Counted from the whole stretch's first letter, positions 12,535-23,990 are shown. The stretch: DNA of 53,592 nucleotides, filler included, from Jimgerdemannia flammicorona (GCA_003990765.1; 3 parts of 3 records of this genome joined end to end with filler, not necessarily neighbours in it), one strand, 5' to 3'. Made by a program: numbers and translations. Notes: a model not told the origin generated them from the sequence alone.

Positions 12535-12890
12535 GGGGCGGGGTTGGCGGCAGCGGTGGCAGAGGGGGCGCGCAAGGGGCAGCCCAAGCTGCCAGTGTCT
12601 GGGTCGGTGGGCAGGTTGGTGGGCGGGTTGGCGGAGGGAGCGCGCAAAATTTGCGGCCCTCTGCCAGCAGCAAGGGGCAGCCCCAAGCCACAAGTGTCCA
12701 GGTCGGGGGGGAGGCGGAGGGAGTGTGCAAAATTTGCAGCCCTCCGCCAGCAGCGAGGGGCAGCTCCAAGCTGTCAGCATCTGGGTCAGTGGGCGGGGTC
12801 AGTTGGCGGGCAGGGCAGGTGGAGGGAGCATGTAAAATTTGCGGCCCTCTGCCAGTGGCATAGGGGCAGCCCCAAGCCGCCAAGGAGTCC
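12535..12890. repeat. GC-rich imperfect tandem repeats between the two hAT genes
   Basis: 3-4 copies of ggcggagggagcgcgcaaaatttgcggccctctgccag...ggggcagccccaagc. Confidence 0.75.
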
Positions 12891-13003
12891 AGAGTGGAGG
12901 GTGCTTCTGGCGGTCGGAGGGTGCTTCTGGTGGTCGAAGGGCGTTTCCAGCAGTCGAAGTTGCTGGTTCGGGTCCCACAGGCCGAGGGGCCAGTAGGGCC
13001 CTG

Positions 13004-13118
13004 CATAACGGCTAAGCTAGTGCTACATAACGGCTAAGCTAGTGCTACATAATGGCTAAGCTAGTGCTATATAATGGCTAAGCTAGTGCTACATAATGGC
13101 TAAGCTAGTGCTACATAA
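13004..13118. repeat. 22-bp tandem repeat x5 (CATAACGGCTAAGCTAGTGCTA)
   Basis: Five near-perfect head-to-tail units with no spacers. Confidence 0.95.
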
Positions 13119-13158
13119 GAGGCACCTGGCCCAACCCCCCTACATAAGACTGCCTCCC

Positions 13159-15325
13159 TCACAAAAACTGCTCCACCCACCAGTCCCAGGCCTTGATGAG
13201 TCTGTCATCCATTGTGAGTGCGACGACTATTGTGTCCGAGCTCTCCTTGAAGGCGACAGTGCTATGGTGGTCATGTGGTTGGAATAGGACGGCTGTGTTG
13301 GCCGCAAATGGGACCCCGAAACCATAGATGAGGTTGTACCAGACTCCGCCGCTATCCTCCCAGGTTGGGCCCTTCCTTTCCAGGATGTAAAACATTACTG
13401 GGGTGATGTTGTTGTCTGTGTGTGTGGGCAGAGAAAGGTTGCGCCTGACATATCCTGATATGATGCAAGCATACAGTTAGGTGAACCCTTGGCCCAGGAC
13501 CTCATACTACCAGGCTGTGCTGGTGGATGCCTGCCCTTGGTCCAGCCCTGGGAGCCCCAGCTTGGAAACCTGCCAAAACGGACGGCAACTGGTCAGTCCT
13601 TTTTGCGTTTGGGGGGCAGAAACCCCCCGGGCTGCAGAAACCCCCCGGGCTGTAGCACCCCAAAAAAGCAGAGCTCCTCACCTCATACGGTATGCTAAAT
13701 TGCACTAAGAATGTACATACAGCTGCGCCGAGATCACCACCAAGCTGGCCTGCCATATGCTCTACCAATCTGCTCAAAGAACCCCAGATCTTAGCCACCA
13801 TTGCCGCACAGGCCATGTCATGCTTGCACGCAGTTTGCTCTTCGACGGCACTTCTAAAGTTCCGGTAGGGGTACAGAATCTTGTGCATCCCTGGAATTGT
13901 ATCAAAAAGAGTATGTCGGTGAAAAGTGTGATTTATCTGAGGAGGGGTTAAAAAAAAAAGGAAGAGGGAGACGAGTGCAGGGGATTTCGGAACCCACCCT
14001 TTGCCAGTGTTGCAGTATACCCAATTCCCATCCAAACCCCCCCTCCTTGCTTTTTTCACCCCCTCTTCTCTGCTACCCAGTATTTGATGCAATCCTCGCA
14101 AATCTCGTTGATGTGGCAGCGAAGCTCATTGCCATAGATGTTCCTTACCACCATCACAACCACCTCTCCATGTTCATTAATAAAGATATGGTTCTCTTTG
14201 TCATTGGTTACTCCTGCTGGCCAATGGACCTCTTGGTCGAGTATGATTGGCTCTGATTCGAATGTAGACCCCCAAGCCTTGATGACGATGCTGGTACTGC
14301 TCATGCTGAACATCTTGCCCTTGAATTTCTCTATTTGATCAGACGCCGGACATGGTTGAACTTGGGTAACTTTGAACTCTCCTTTCCAATGGAACTGAGC
14401 CCTGATCTGAGGGACCGAGATAAGTATGTGGATGGGTTGCGTGCAGGCGGGTGGCATGCGGGCGGGTTGCGGGTGGGTTGCGGGCGGGTTGCATGTGGGC
14501 AGATTGCGTGCGGGCAGGCGGGTTGCATGCAGATGGGTTGCGTGCGGGCGGGCAGGTTGCGTGCGGACAGATTGCATGTGGGTTGCATGTGGGTGTGGGT
14601 GTTTTTTAGGGGGAGACAATGTAAAAATGAAATTAAATAAAACATAGAGATGGGTATTTCAGAAAAAGAGCATGAGTGAGTGAGCTGCATGCCAATGAGT
14701 TACATGCCGATGAGTTGCACGCTGACGAGTTGCATGAGTTGCACAAGAATTGCTCACAAAGGCTTGCTTCTGTTCCTTTTGAGACCTCCGCCATGCGATG
14801 CATTGACTCAACAGCTCAGCTACCAAAGGCATGCCCTGCAACATCCACCAGCCTTTCTTCATCTTGATCAGATGTTGCAAATAAAGTCGGCAGATCTCGC
14901 CGTAGAGCTGTGGACCCTAAGAAAAGCACAAGGTGAATTGGGTTGTGCTGGGGAAGTTTAAATAAATAAATACAAGTAAACAAGTGGCAGCCAAGTGAGC
15001 AACCTACATCTACTATCAGCTACTCCAAAAAGGCTGCTGCATACATAGCTGTGAGGTCTGTGAATTCTGAGGTCCAAAGGGCCGCCATGAGTTGTTGCCG
15101 GAATTCTCCCTCATCCCCACCATTGCCATTGCCACCACCACCACCATTACCCCTTTGGCTCTCGATGAGCAGCTTGTCTGCTGTCCATATGAGAAAGAAT
15201 CTAACATTGTCAGCAGAGAGTGCATTTCCACCTCGAATACTCCCTCTTTTGACAATCATTACAGGGTGAAAAATGAGTAGACTGGACCAATATACAAATT
15301 AAGGGCTGCTGTTTTGTTTGCTCAT
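13159..15325 (-). pseudogene. hAT cargo gene: ~5 exons, ~480 aa, C-terminal TET/JBP-like 2OG-Fe(II) dioxygenase domain; a few nonsense changes
   Basis: Exons joined by GT-AG: MIVKRG...FLE*LIVD / GPQLYGEICRL...KQAF / IRAQFHWKG...GGVWMGIGYTA / GMHKILYPY...PYE / VLGQGFT*LYACIISGYVRRNLSLPTHTDNNITPVMFYILERKGPTWEDSGGVWYNLIYGFGVPFAANTAVLFQPHDHHSTVAF...IVVALTMD. HxD at 13414-13422; distal H near 13265. Confidence 0.7.
14430..14745. repeat. Intronic short-unit repeats (GGGTTGCGTGCGGGC; GAGTTGCAT/C) in the cargo gene
   Basis: Direct reading; largely absent from the matching intron of the second copy near 27.8 kb. Confidence 0.8.
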
Positions 15326-15459
15326 GATGTGGCAGGAAAGAACAAAGAAAAAGAATAAAGAAAAGAGAGGGAACAAAGGAAAGGGTGATGTCACCAAAGT
15401 TCAGCAGAAAAAAAAAACAAAAGTGAAATGAACAAAAGAAAGGGTGATGTCACCAAAGA

Positions 15460-15690
15460 TTTCAATCCGAATGGATCAATCCGGATGGATCAATCCAGAT
15501 GGATCAATCCAGATGGATCAATCTGGATGGATCATCTGGATGGATCAATCCGGATGGATCAATCCGGATGGATCAAACTGGATCAATCCAGATCAATCTG
15601 GATCAGATCACGAGACCAATCCGAGTTGATTCGAATCCATCACATGACAAATATGAATTGAATCTCATCTGGATCAACTCCATTCATTCG
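15460..15690. repeat. Right subterminal repeats (GGATCAATCC(G/A)GAT array)
   Basis: ~13-bp units next to the right TIR. Confidence 0.85.
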
Positions 15691-15706
15691 GAGCACTACC
15701 CTGAAA

Positions 15707-16469
15707 TGGTGGCTTATTGGGAATTATACTAGTGGTGGATGACTCAATAACTCAGGCTCACTGAGAACAAATAACTCAGATATCATAGAAACTCAGATGG
15801 CACAAATCAGGTTATTCTGGGAATGCAGATAACTTGAAAATAATGGCTTCAACTGAGAATTAACTCAGATGGCATGGATTCTTCCTGAATTGGCAGCTTC
15901 AACTGGGAAACAGCAGCAAAGTTCTTTCTTGAACTTGGGCAGCAAATCTTCAGGCTTATCTGACAAGTAAATCAAAAATGGACTCTTCTTTATATCAGAA
16001 AGTGGACCAGAGTGGAAGAGAAGAGAACCAAGCTCACAACTTCTTGGCAATAGCTTATTGGCAGGCATATCTCCTAAGTATTGTAATTCAATTCCTTTAG
16101 GATCAAGTGGCTTTTGGCAGATGTTTCTCCTAAGTATACCAGATAATTGACTTTTGCTTTGGTTTGTATTCAACTTTTGGACTGAGGTTTATTCACTCTT
16201 ATCTCTGGGGTAATTTATACATTATGTTTGCTATCTAGTTACTATCTGGCTAACTATAGATTTGCTATTTATGGTGTGTTTGGGTGGACAGCCACTGTCT
16301 GGCAGACAGTCACTATCCAGGGGATAGCTACTGTTCACATTATTCCCTTCTTTGGCCATCTGGTTATTTATATATTTTTCCGCAGTATTGGTTGCTAATT
16401 ACTATACTATACTAATGTTTACATCAACTGGTTAGGTTTTGAGATTGCTACATTTTGTGGTTTGTCACA
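15707..16469 (-). repeat. Gypsy 5' LTR, outer part
   Basis: Begins TGTGACA on the minus strand at 16469; homologous to 547-1257. Confidence 0.88.
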
Positions 16470-16514
16470 CTATGTATTTTTGTCATCTGTATCATATATA
16501 GTTGTACATATACC

Positions 16515-16735
16515 ATTTCTCCTATTTGGGAGCAAGATAACATACAGTCTTGTTCAGGTATTTCTTCTACTTACCTGAGAGTGAGACAATAGTCTTATAT
16601 AGGTATTTGTGGTTTCTTCTATCTAGGAGTGAGATAATATAGTTTTATATAGATATTTGTAGTTTCTCCTATCTGGGAGTAAGACAACATAGGCTTATAT
16701 AGGCATTTCTCTTACTTATCTAGAAGAAAGACATC
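16515..16735. repeat. Degenerate ~50-bp tandem repeat in AT-rich relic sequence
   Basis: ~5 units of tttctcctatctgggagtgagacaatagtcttatataggtattt. Confidence 0.6.
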
Positions 16736-17798
16736 TTCTCTTAATACTCAAATACCACCTTTATATCAATGCTCCTAAGAAGCCTACAACCAAAAAAAAA
16801 ATCCAAAACATATACAAAATAGATGGTAAAGGTGAGGAAATATAATATTCAGACCTGAGGTATATATTTTATTTTTAAACCAAAGATAGAGAAAAAAAAA
16901 AAATAGAGAGATTAAAAGATATACTATATATACATTCCTACTAGCCATTATTTTGGAGTGAGATATAAACTCTATGTTATATATACATTTCTACCAGTTA
17001 TTATTTTAGGTTGAGATATAAATCCTATGCCAAAGAACTATGAAAGTATGTGACAAATTTAGCCCGATTCTAGCTACCAGTTAACTTTAGTTAATAAGGA
17101 GAGACAAATTGATGTGAAGACATTCAGACAGATGATAACTCTCTTATATATTTTCATAGTGAACCAGACAGTCAATGAGTATATTGTTATCAATAAGTTA
17201 CAACTATATTACAATTACTGCAATAGTAAGGAGTTCATGAGTTTCCAGTTTGGGCTATATAAGTAACAGAATAATCTACTAAAGCTATCCTGTAATCTCT
17301 ATTGCCCACATTACCAAATATAAGAAAAACTCACTTAGCAGCTCCTGGAGACTCTTGTATTATTCTTTGAATACCTATATGGACTGTTTTAGTACTATTT
17401 TTCAGATATCTTTCAGTGGTATTGTAATATTCAAATTAATCTATATCCAGGCAATGATGAGTTAGAGATACTGTAGTTCTAGACATGACTATTCTGGCTA
17501 TAGTATTGTATAATATTGACATCTTGCAAGCCTGAACAGGGGCAGCTAAAATTCTATCCAAATAAGAGTAAAGACCCAAAGGGCTTAGCAACTATTATTG
17601 TCTTTGGCTATTATACTGATAAAGGTGAGGTAGTACTAGCCAAATATTAGATAGTGATTAGCTGTCTAGTTGATACAGTATATATAATAAGAGAGATTGA
17701 GATATATACCGGTGTGTAGGAGGAAAGTAGTATTCTCTTATTCTGTTTACCAATAAACATATTTTGGAGCTTTGAATTGAAGTTTTTTTTTTTTTTTT

Positions 17799-17898
17799 NN
17801 NNNNNNNNNNNNNNNNNNNNNNNNNNNNNNNNNNNNNNNNNNTTAATTAATTAANNNNNNNNNNNNNNNNNNNNNNNNNNNNNNNNNNNNNNNNNNNN
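17799..17898. other. Artificial contig linker N44-TTAATTAATTAA-N44
   Basis: Exactly 100 bp; the core has stops in all six frames; identical to 35696-35795. Confidence 0.97.
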
Positions 17899-17919
17899 GG
17901 GGGGGGGGGGGGGGGGGGG

Positions 17920-18489
17920 GTGGACGAACTCTATGGGCGTGTTCTCGGTCACATGGGGAAGAGGGATCTCTTACGAGCCGTTGGGCTTGGTGGTTATGGG
18001 GGGAAAGGCTTTCGAAATTGGACATGTAGAAGCCCACATAGAGGAACGTCGCCGGGATTCCAAGCTTGCGGATGTACTGTTCCACCTGGTTCTTGCCATT
18101 GAAGTGCACCATGTGCTTCAGCAAGTCGTTACTGCCGGCGTCGGTGTCGGGGAGCGAGCTCCAGAAAAGCCACTCGAAGCCCGTCTCTTTGCAACATCGG
18201 CGATTAGCTTTCCCTGGCACTCCTCGAGCGTCAGGTAACACCGAAGATCTCGGGGTCCGAGAAGTTTGTGACGGCGAAGACAATATTGGCGCGCTTGATG
18301 TCGTCGCGGATGCTGAGGTTGGCCTTGACCATCTCCGCGCCTTGGGCGATGAGCGATTTTGAGGTCTCCGAGTGGACGTTGCGCGTCAGTTCGCGATGCG
18401 ATACTTGCCGGTAGCAAGCAGAACTTTGGCGATGGACAGGCCTTGGTACCGGTGGAACAAACAATGGCGATGAGGGGCTTGGAGAGCAT
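17920..18489 (-). pseudogene. NmrA-like NAD(P)-binding protein, frameshifted and cut by the gap
   Basis: MLSKPLIAIVCSTG; LTRNVHSETSKSLIAQGAEMVKANL; VFAVTNF; QGKLIADVAK; LFWSSLP; HFNGKNQVEQYIRKLGIPATFLYVGFYMSNF, spread over three frames. Confidence 0.85.
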
Positions 18490-19198
18490 TATGATAGGTT
18501 GTTTTTTTCTTGTAGATGAATAGGTTTAGCAGTTCTCAATCTTCACGTGATAGCCGAAGAAACTTGTGTTTCAAAATCGATATGTATGTAATTGTGAGTG
18601 TGTTCAAAGTGTCCTGGTCTGACCTCGCTAAATTCGGAAGGTTTTCGGTAATTATGACGGGCCAGGTCTAGATAACTCGCGGAGGTGCGGAGGCGCTCGT
18701 GTCTGCTAAATAGTCACATTTACCATCATTAGCTCAAAAGAAAACGTACTCATATATATATATATGTTAGGTCTGTCTTCTAATGCCGCGATAGGGGGGA
18801 AGAAAGTGTTAGTACCACGCGAGGTAACCACGGGACTCGGGTCTGGTTTGGAGTCTCTCATTACCCGATTCGATTCGCTGGTTGGTGCGTACGACTTGAC
18901 TCCACGCATAAGACATCTGACGGCTATGTCATTCATCCGTAAAGAAAGATATGAACGAGAATTTTATATGGGCCGTTTAACTGTGTGGAGTGAACTAATT
19001 TTATCTAGTGAAGCAGGAGAACAGAACATACAGAGTACATGACATTTGCGAATTCACCTTATTCTTAAACAAAAAGAGCAGAAACATCAATACCAACAGT
19101 TACTGAGCAATACGACGAAAGCAATGCCAAAAGTCCCCCGGAAACATGGTACATGTCGAAACCTCGAATTTGGAGCTGATGTCTCAAACCAGAATCCG

Positions 19199-20366
19199 CT
19201 ACAGAAGCATTTTCCAGCACCAGTCCTTCACTACGCGCTCTACGAACCCGGACCCAATCCAGCTCCGACCGCAGGTCAGATTCAATATCCGCAATGCCGG
19301 CCACAGCGTTCCAGAATCCCTCGCCCACAGGGACGTTGGTCCCGATGGCGGAATTCTTGAGCTAGCGACAGGACGGGGCATCTCGCGCAGGACACGTTCA
19401 TTTACGTATGGGACGGAGACGAGGCTCAGGGTTTGAAGGTCGTTGCAGCGGAAGGATCTCGAGCGCCAACGCGAATCGGTTAATGTCTTCCCCGCGCCAG
19501 TAACGATGAATACCGGATCTCGAAGCTAATCAGGTGGAGGCCAGTCCCGCAAGCAAGTTCTCTATTCCCGGGCCATCCGGGTATTGGAGAGAGACATGGT
19601 GGAGGATCAGGAGATCGCATAGTATGTTCGCGGCCGGCTCCGCGCTGCAGTAGCAGATGTTAGCGGTGTGAACATTAAGGCAGTTGGCGATAGCAACTTG
19701 GGTAGGTCTGGATTGTTGTTGATTTTGATGGATGTTAGGAAGGCTTGGGTGGATCGGACGAGAGAGGCCAGAGGTTCGCCGTTTGGCTGTGGCGTTGCCA
19801 TATGAATGGCGTGAGGAAAGAAGAGTTCGAGCTCGGAGACGTGCTCACAATATTTCATGAGCCGTTCGTGATTGTGGCCAATCTGTGGCATTTCTTGAGG
19901 CATTATACCGACAGCTATCTTGAGACATGTAAGTTTGATGAGTCCGAGAATGGTGAAAAGAGTATCACGCTCTTCCAGCGTATATGCCTTGAAGTCGGCG
20001 TCGACCTCAGCATCGCTGCCGTACTTATAGTCAATAAATTCGTCCACCATAACCCTAAAAGCGTTAATCTCATCGCAGTAGGGCAAAGTGAGGCCATTAG
20101 AAAATGGAGGTAAGCTCAGCAAGTGGGCAGAGCTTATTGTCATAGTGAGAAGAAGGGCAGTGATCGCGCAACCAGTACGTGAATGGTTCAGTCGGGTTGT
20201 AATTGGGTATTATGGCTCCGACGACTATATTACAGCTCTCGTTGACCATAGAAGCCGACATTAGGTCGAGGAGGGCGTCCACGTCTCTCAGTCTGCCATC
20301 GTTGCTAGGCTTAAACGCGACGAGGCTGAAGATGTGGCACAAGCTCTCCGGAAACAGGGTTGGCAA
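19199..20366 (-). pseudogene. F-box/LRR-like protein, frameshifted
   Basis: N-terminal MPTLFPESLCHIFSLV resembles an F-box start. Later CNDLQTLSLVSVPYVNERVL and WPALRILNL are LRR-like. Several frame changes. Confidence 0.45.
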
Positions 20367-21154
20367 TGGGCCATCAGGTAAGGTGAGAGATTACGAGGAT
20401 GGAGTGGGCTCAGGAGTAGAGGTATCGGTTTCTATATCCACATTTGCAGGTGTAATTGAATTTTCTGTTTTAATTTTCGATTTTGGCGTATGGAATTGAG
20501 GAGAATTTAAGATTTTCAAATTGTATGACATTATTAAAACTCAAATGCACTCTATGCATATAGCATGTGTCAACAGATGGTATCGTCTGCTGCTAGTACG
20601 ATTGTGTGCTTGATGATTATTTCGCTAATTCCGTCCTTGTGTTTTTTCTCTCTGATACAAACACCAGTATCCTTTGTGTATCAGGATGGGGTGCTCTTTA
20701 GCAAAATAAATAAATCCATTAATGTCTATTGCCAAGTGTTTTTAACTTTGGTTCGTTTTACTGATACTAAAAACTTTCATTCCGCGTCATGATGCATGGG
20801 GGAAAAATTATGTGGGTTCCGTAACTAATACATGAATATGCTTGGTATCGACGCAGAGGGTCAAGCCATTGGGTGATTGGACACCAGATAATTAGAATGC
20901 GCCATGCATTTCGGATCCGCCAGATTTTGTCTACGTCATCGCTGTTGACCAATGAAATGCAACCTTGCAACAAAAATTTCTATTTCAGTGGCCAATTCCA
21001 TAAGCGCTGGCAGAGGGGCCAAAACTAGTAGTTATAAGCTGGCGTCTTCCCCTTAGCATCATAGCGCTTAGGGCTGGGCAAAGTCGAGAGGCTGAGCTTG
21101 GATAGTGGCATGGCGAAGGGACTGGGCGCTCTAAATAATCAGCGGGCCATGGAC

Positions 21155-21420
21155 GTTTTTTTTTCTATATGTTTTGGGCGCTCTAAATAACCAGCGGGCC
21201 ATGGACGTTTTTTTTCTTATGTTTTTTTTATTATAAAGTACACATCAATTCTTACTATGACCGCCGCGAGCGAATGCACGCAACTTGGGTATTCACCCTG
21301 ACCGTTTCAGTATATATAGAGGCCGGCATGTGCGAATGAGGTAGGGCGGGGCGAATGAGGAGAGGACAAAAAGGGTAAAAAGGGTGAGGACGAGGAGGAT
21401 GGCAACCGAACTATTGCTTA
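21155..21420. repeat. Dispersed non-coding repeat, copy A
   Basis: Shares ctatg..cgcgag.gaatgc..caacttgggtattcac..cctgacc.tttcagtatat and GCGAATGAGG motifs with 28555-28860. Confidence 0.7.
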
Positions 21421-22157
21421 TCGGTCCGCTTACTGCGAGACACTTTTGCAACCCTCCTTCCACTTTGTGTGCGACTCTCGGAGGAGGGGGGGATAGCATG
21501 AAAATCATGAACCGGGTTCCTTTTCGTAAACGGATCCTGCATATGGCTGGCAAAACGTCCCCAGTCGACTCGTGTGTATCTCAGAATGCGAGTCGAAGGA
21601 GTGGCCGAGAACGAATGTAGGTTTGGGGAGCAACGGTGTCCGTGAAGCGGGCCGGGCAGCAACATGCTCCTTGAAATGTACAGTTTTTTTTTTAACATAG
21701 AATATGTATATACTTATTGGCGCGTTGTCTGAACTGTAGATAAGAGACCCCGCATTTGTCTCTGAACGACCGCTGCGATCTACTATTATTGGCGACTAAT
21801 ATATGTCGATGTGTAATAACCGCTCCGTTGACCCTCCTGTTCCATAAAGACGCAGCCGCGCGCCTTCTTATTGGTAGCTACCATCCAACCTTATTCGTGT
21901 TCGAAAGCAATGCTACATTTAAGAGAGTCCGGACACGTAAATCAAATATCGTAACCAAGCAATCGCAGTGAAAACATTTTATTCCATATGGATGCTTTGT
22001 CGCATGCCATGTAAATAAAGTAGACGACAACAATCCACCGACACTGTTCTAACAGCCGAGAAAAGAGGCCGCGTGCCATTTTAGTCTGTGATTTACAGAA
22101 CCCCAGTGGAATCGCAATCTACACCATGTCCCTTCATCCTATGCATCAATCCCACGG

Positions 22158-23990
22158 CTACCCTTTCAAACTTGACCACCACGACCCCACGGCCACCAAG
22201 CTTAACACCGCCCACGCGAAATGCACGCTTACGATCCACGGCAATCTCGTCTCCCCCAATGCCCAGCTGTACATGGTGCTGCATGCCGCATGTCCCACGG
22301 TGCGCATCGCGCTCGCCACGCACGTAGCGAACCCATTGACCGTTCCGAGGGTCCCGTGGCTGAGCGCCGAGCAGTTGATGATTAACAGGGAGCAGGTGAA
22401 GGCGAGCATATTGCAGAGCGTTTTGATCCCCAGGAAAAACATTTGCCCAGCCCAGAGGAGGGGCCGGTCGTCGACGAAGGCGCGGAGGAAGCTGACAAAA
22501 AATTAGGTGGGAACGGACAGGGCCAGGCCAAAGCGGTAGATGGCGAGCGTACCAAGTCGGCGCTGGAGGGGCCGCCAGAGGAGGAGCTGCATGATGCCGG
22601 TGGCGGAGAGGGAGAGGCCGATGTCCGTGATTGGGAAGCCGAGGCCGCCCGAAGTGGGGGGTGTGGCAACCCAAATGGAGTAGAGCTCTTTAAACATGAG
22701 AAATTGGAGGCAGACGCCGGCAAAAGTGGTGACGGAGATGAGGACTAGGCGCGTAAGAATTGAGCGGAAGGTAGGCTTCGGAGGTGGTGGATGGGGAGGG
22801 TGAGGGCGGAGATGATCGGTGTTGGGGCGGGAAGCGAGAGGAGGAAGCGACGGTGTGTATAGGATATACGACAGCTTGGGAGTTCGATTTCGGGAGAGCC
22901 GATCCTTGTGGTTGAGATGCTAGGAATGTGTGGTACTCTTCGGGCGATTCCACTATCGTCTTCCTGGACATCAATGGCTTCCTCTCTCCATCTACATGCC
23001 ACCTTCCAATGCTCGCATTCTTTTCCTTCCTCTTCGTCTCTAATGTTTCCTCAAGCTCCGACTCTCAACCCCAAGGCACAAATACATGCGCTCACAAAAC
23101 AAGGCAAGAAGTACGGAAACCGCGTCAGAAACGGTGTGATCCATGCCCTTCAAACACATCGGGGTAATTTTGCACGGGATGACTCAGGAAGCCCGCCGAG
23201 TGCAGGCCCGAGCACCGAACCAACCCCGTACATGAGCGGCATGACTCCAAAGGCGGCCGCGCACTGATCGTCGTGTAGGCCGACGGTCATCTCGCCGAGT
23301 ATTGTACTGATAACACGGGTGTTACCATTCAGGATGCCGCAGAACGAGCGGGAGAGGACCACCCAGATGTATGACCGAAGAGGAGAATAGAGATGATGGT
23401 ACCGATGAGGCGACGGGGCGACGGCCTAAGTGGAGGTGAGGGGGGAAATGAATAAATAGACTATGTTTGTCGATGTTGCAATGCATTAAATTTTAACCTG
23501 CCTATGTTGTCCGAAAGGATTCCCCATGGTATGCCTAATGGTATACATGTAATTATCATGAGTACAATCACAAGTTTAGTAAATTTGTCACCACCGTCGC
23601 GAATACCTACCGGTGAAAAACTGCGCCGCAGCGAAGCACGCCGCGATATAGCCGACATAGTAGCCAATCTTGTCGGGGTCATCGGTGACGTGGAAGTTCA
23701 TTACAATAGGCAATGTCGGTGGTGACGTTCGGAGACGGCAAACCCAAATAATAAATAATAATAAATAATAAGAATGGGTGGAGGGATAATCTAAGAGACT
23801 GTATACGTTCGAAATTATCGGTTCACACTCCAAAACACACACATAACCACCCAGACACCACCACATGCCAATCGCACAAAAAACAGTGATGACCACATAA
23901 AAAACAGAGATGAAATCCTAACCTTCCCCTCACATTCCTCCCTCAACCCTCCGACAAATTCCTCCTGCATGACCACAATCCTAGCCTCAT
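22158..23990 (-). pseudogene. MFS transporter (ZIF-like/Tet-type), spliced, with in-frame stops and frameshifts
   Basis: CEPI; DPDKIGYYVGYIAACFAAAQFFTG/IPWGILSDNIGR/RP; SRSFCGILNGNTRVISTILGEMT; YGVGSVLGPALGG; GGLGF; GTLGTVNGFATCVASAMRTVG; stop at 22503-22505. Confidence 0.85.

Larger units (their letters stand above)
9285..15698 (+). mobile_element. hAT DNA transposon (6414 bp) with transposase and convergent cargo gene
   Basis: TIRs TAGTGCTCCGAA / TTCGGAGCACTA; perfect 8-bp TSD CCCTGAAA at 9277-9284 and 15699-15706; hAT transposase motifs inside. Confidence 0.96.
547..16469 (-). mobile_element. Decayed Ty3/gypsy LTR retrotransposon (gag-PR-extra domain-dUTPase-RT-RNaseH-IN) with nested hAT insertion
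   Basis: Homologous LTR segments 547-1257 and ~15759-16469, which share the MNTNQSKSQLS ORFs at 653-961 and 15865-16173. Gypsy domain order RT-RH-IN. Many stops and strong CpG depletion. Confidence 0.93.

Noticed and set aside
12336..13006. Multiple overlapping ORFs on both strands
   Set aside because: GC-rich repeat spacer between transposase and cargo gene; low-complexity translations.
13004..13118. CRISPR-like array
   Set aside because: Units are head-to-tail with no unique spacers, there are no cas genes, and the context is eukaryotic.
17049..17790. Possible solo LTR starting TGTGACA
   Set aside because: No matching terminus or TSD could be found before the gap.
17843..17854. PacI-like TTAATTAATTAA as a biological site
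   Set aside because: Part of the artificial N linker.
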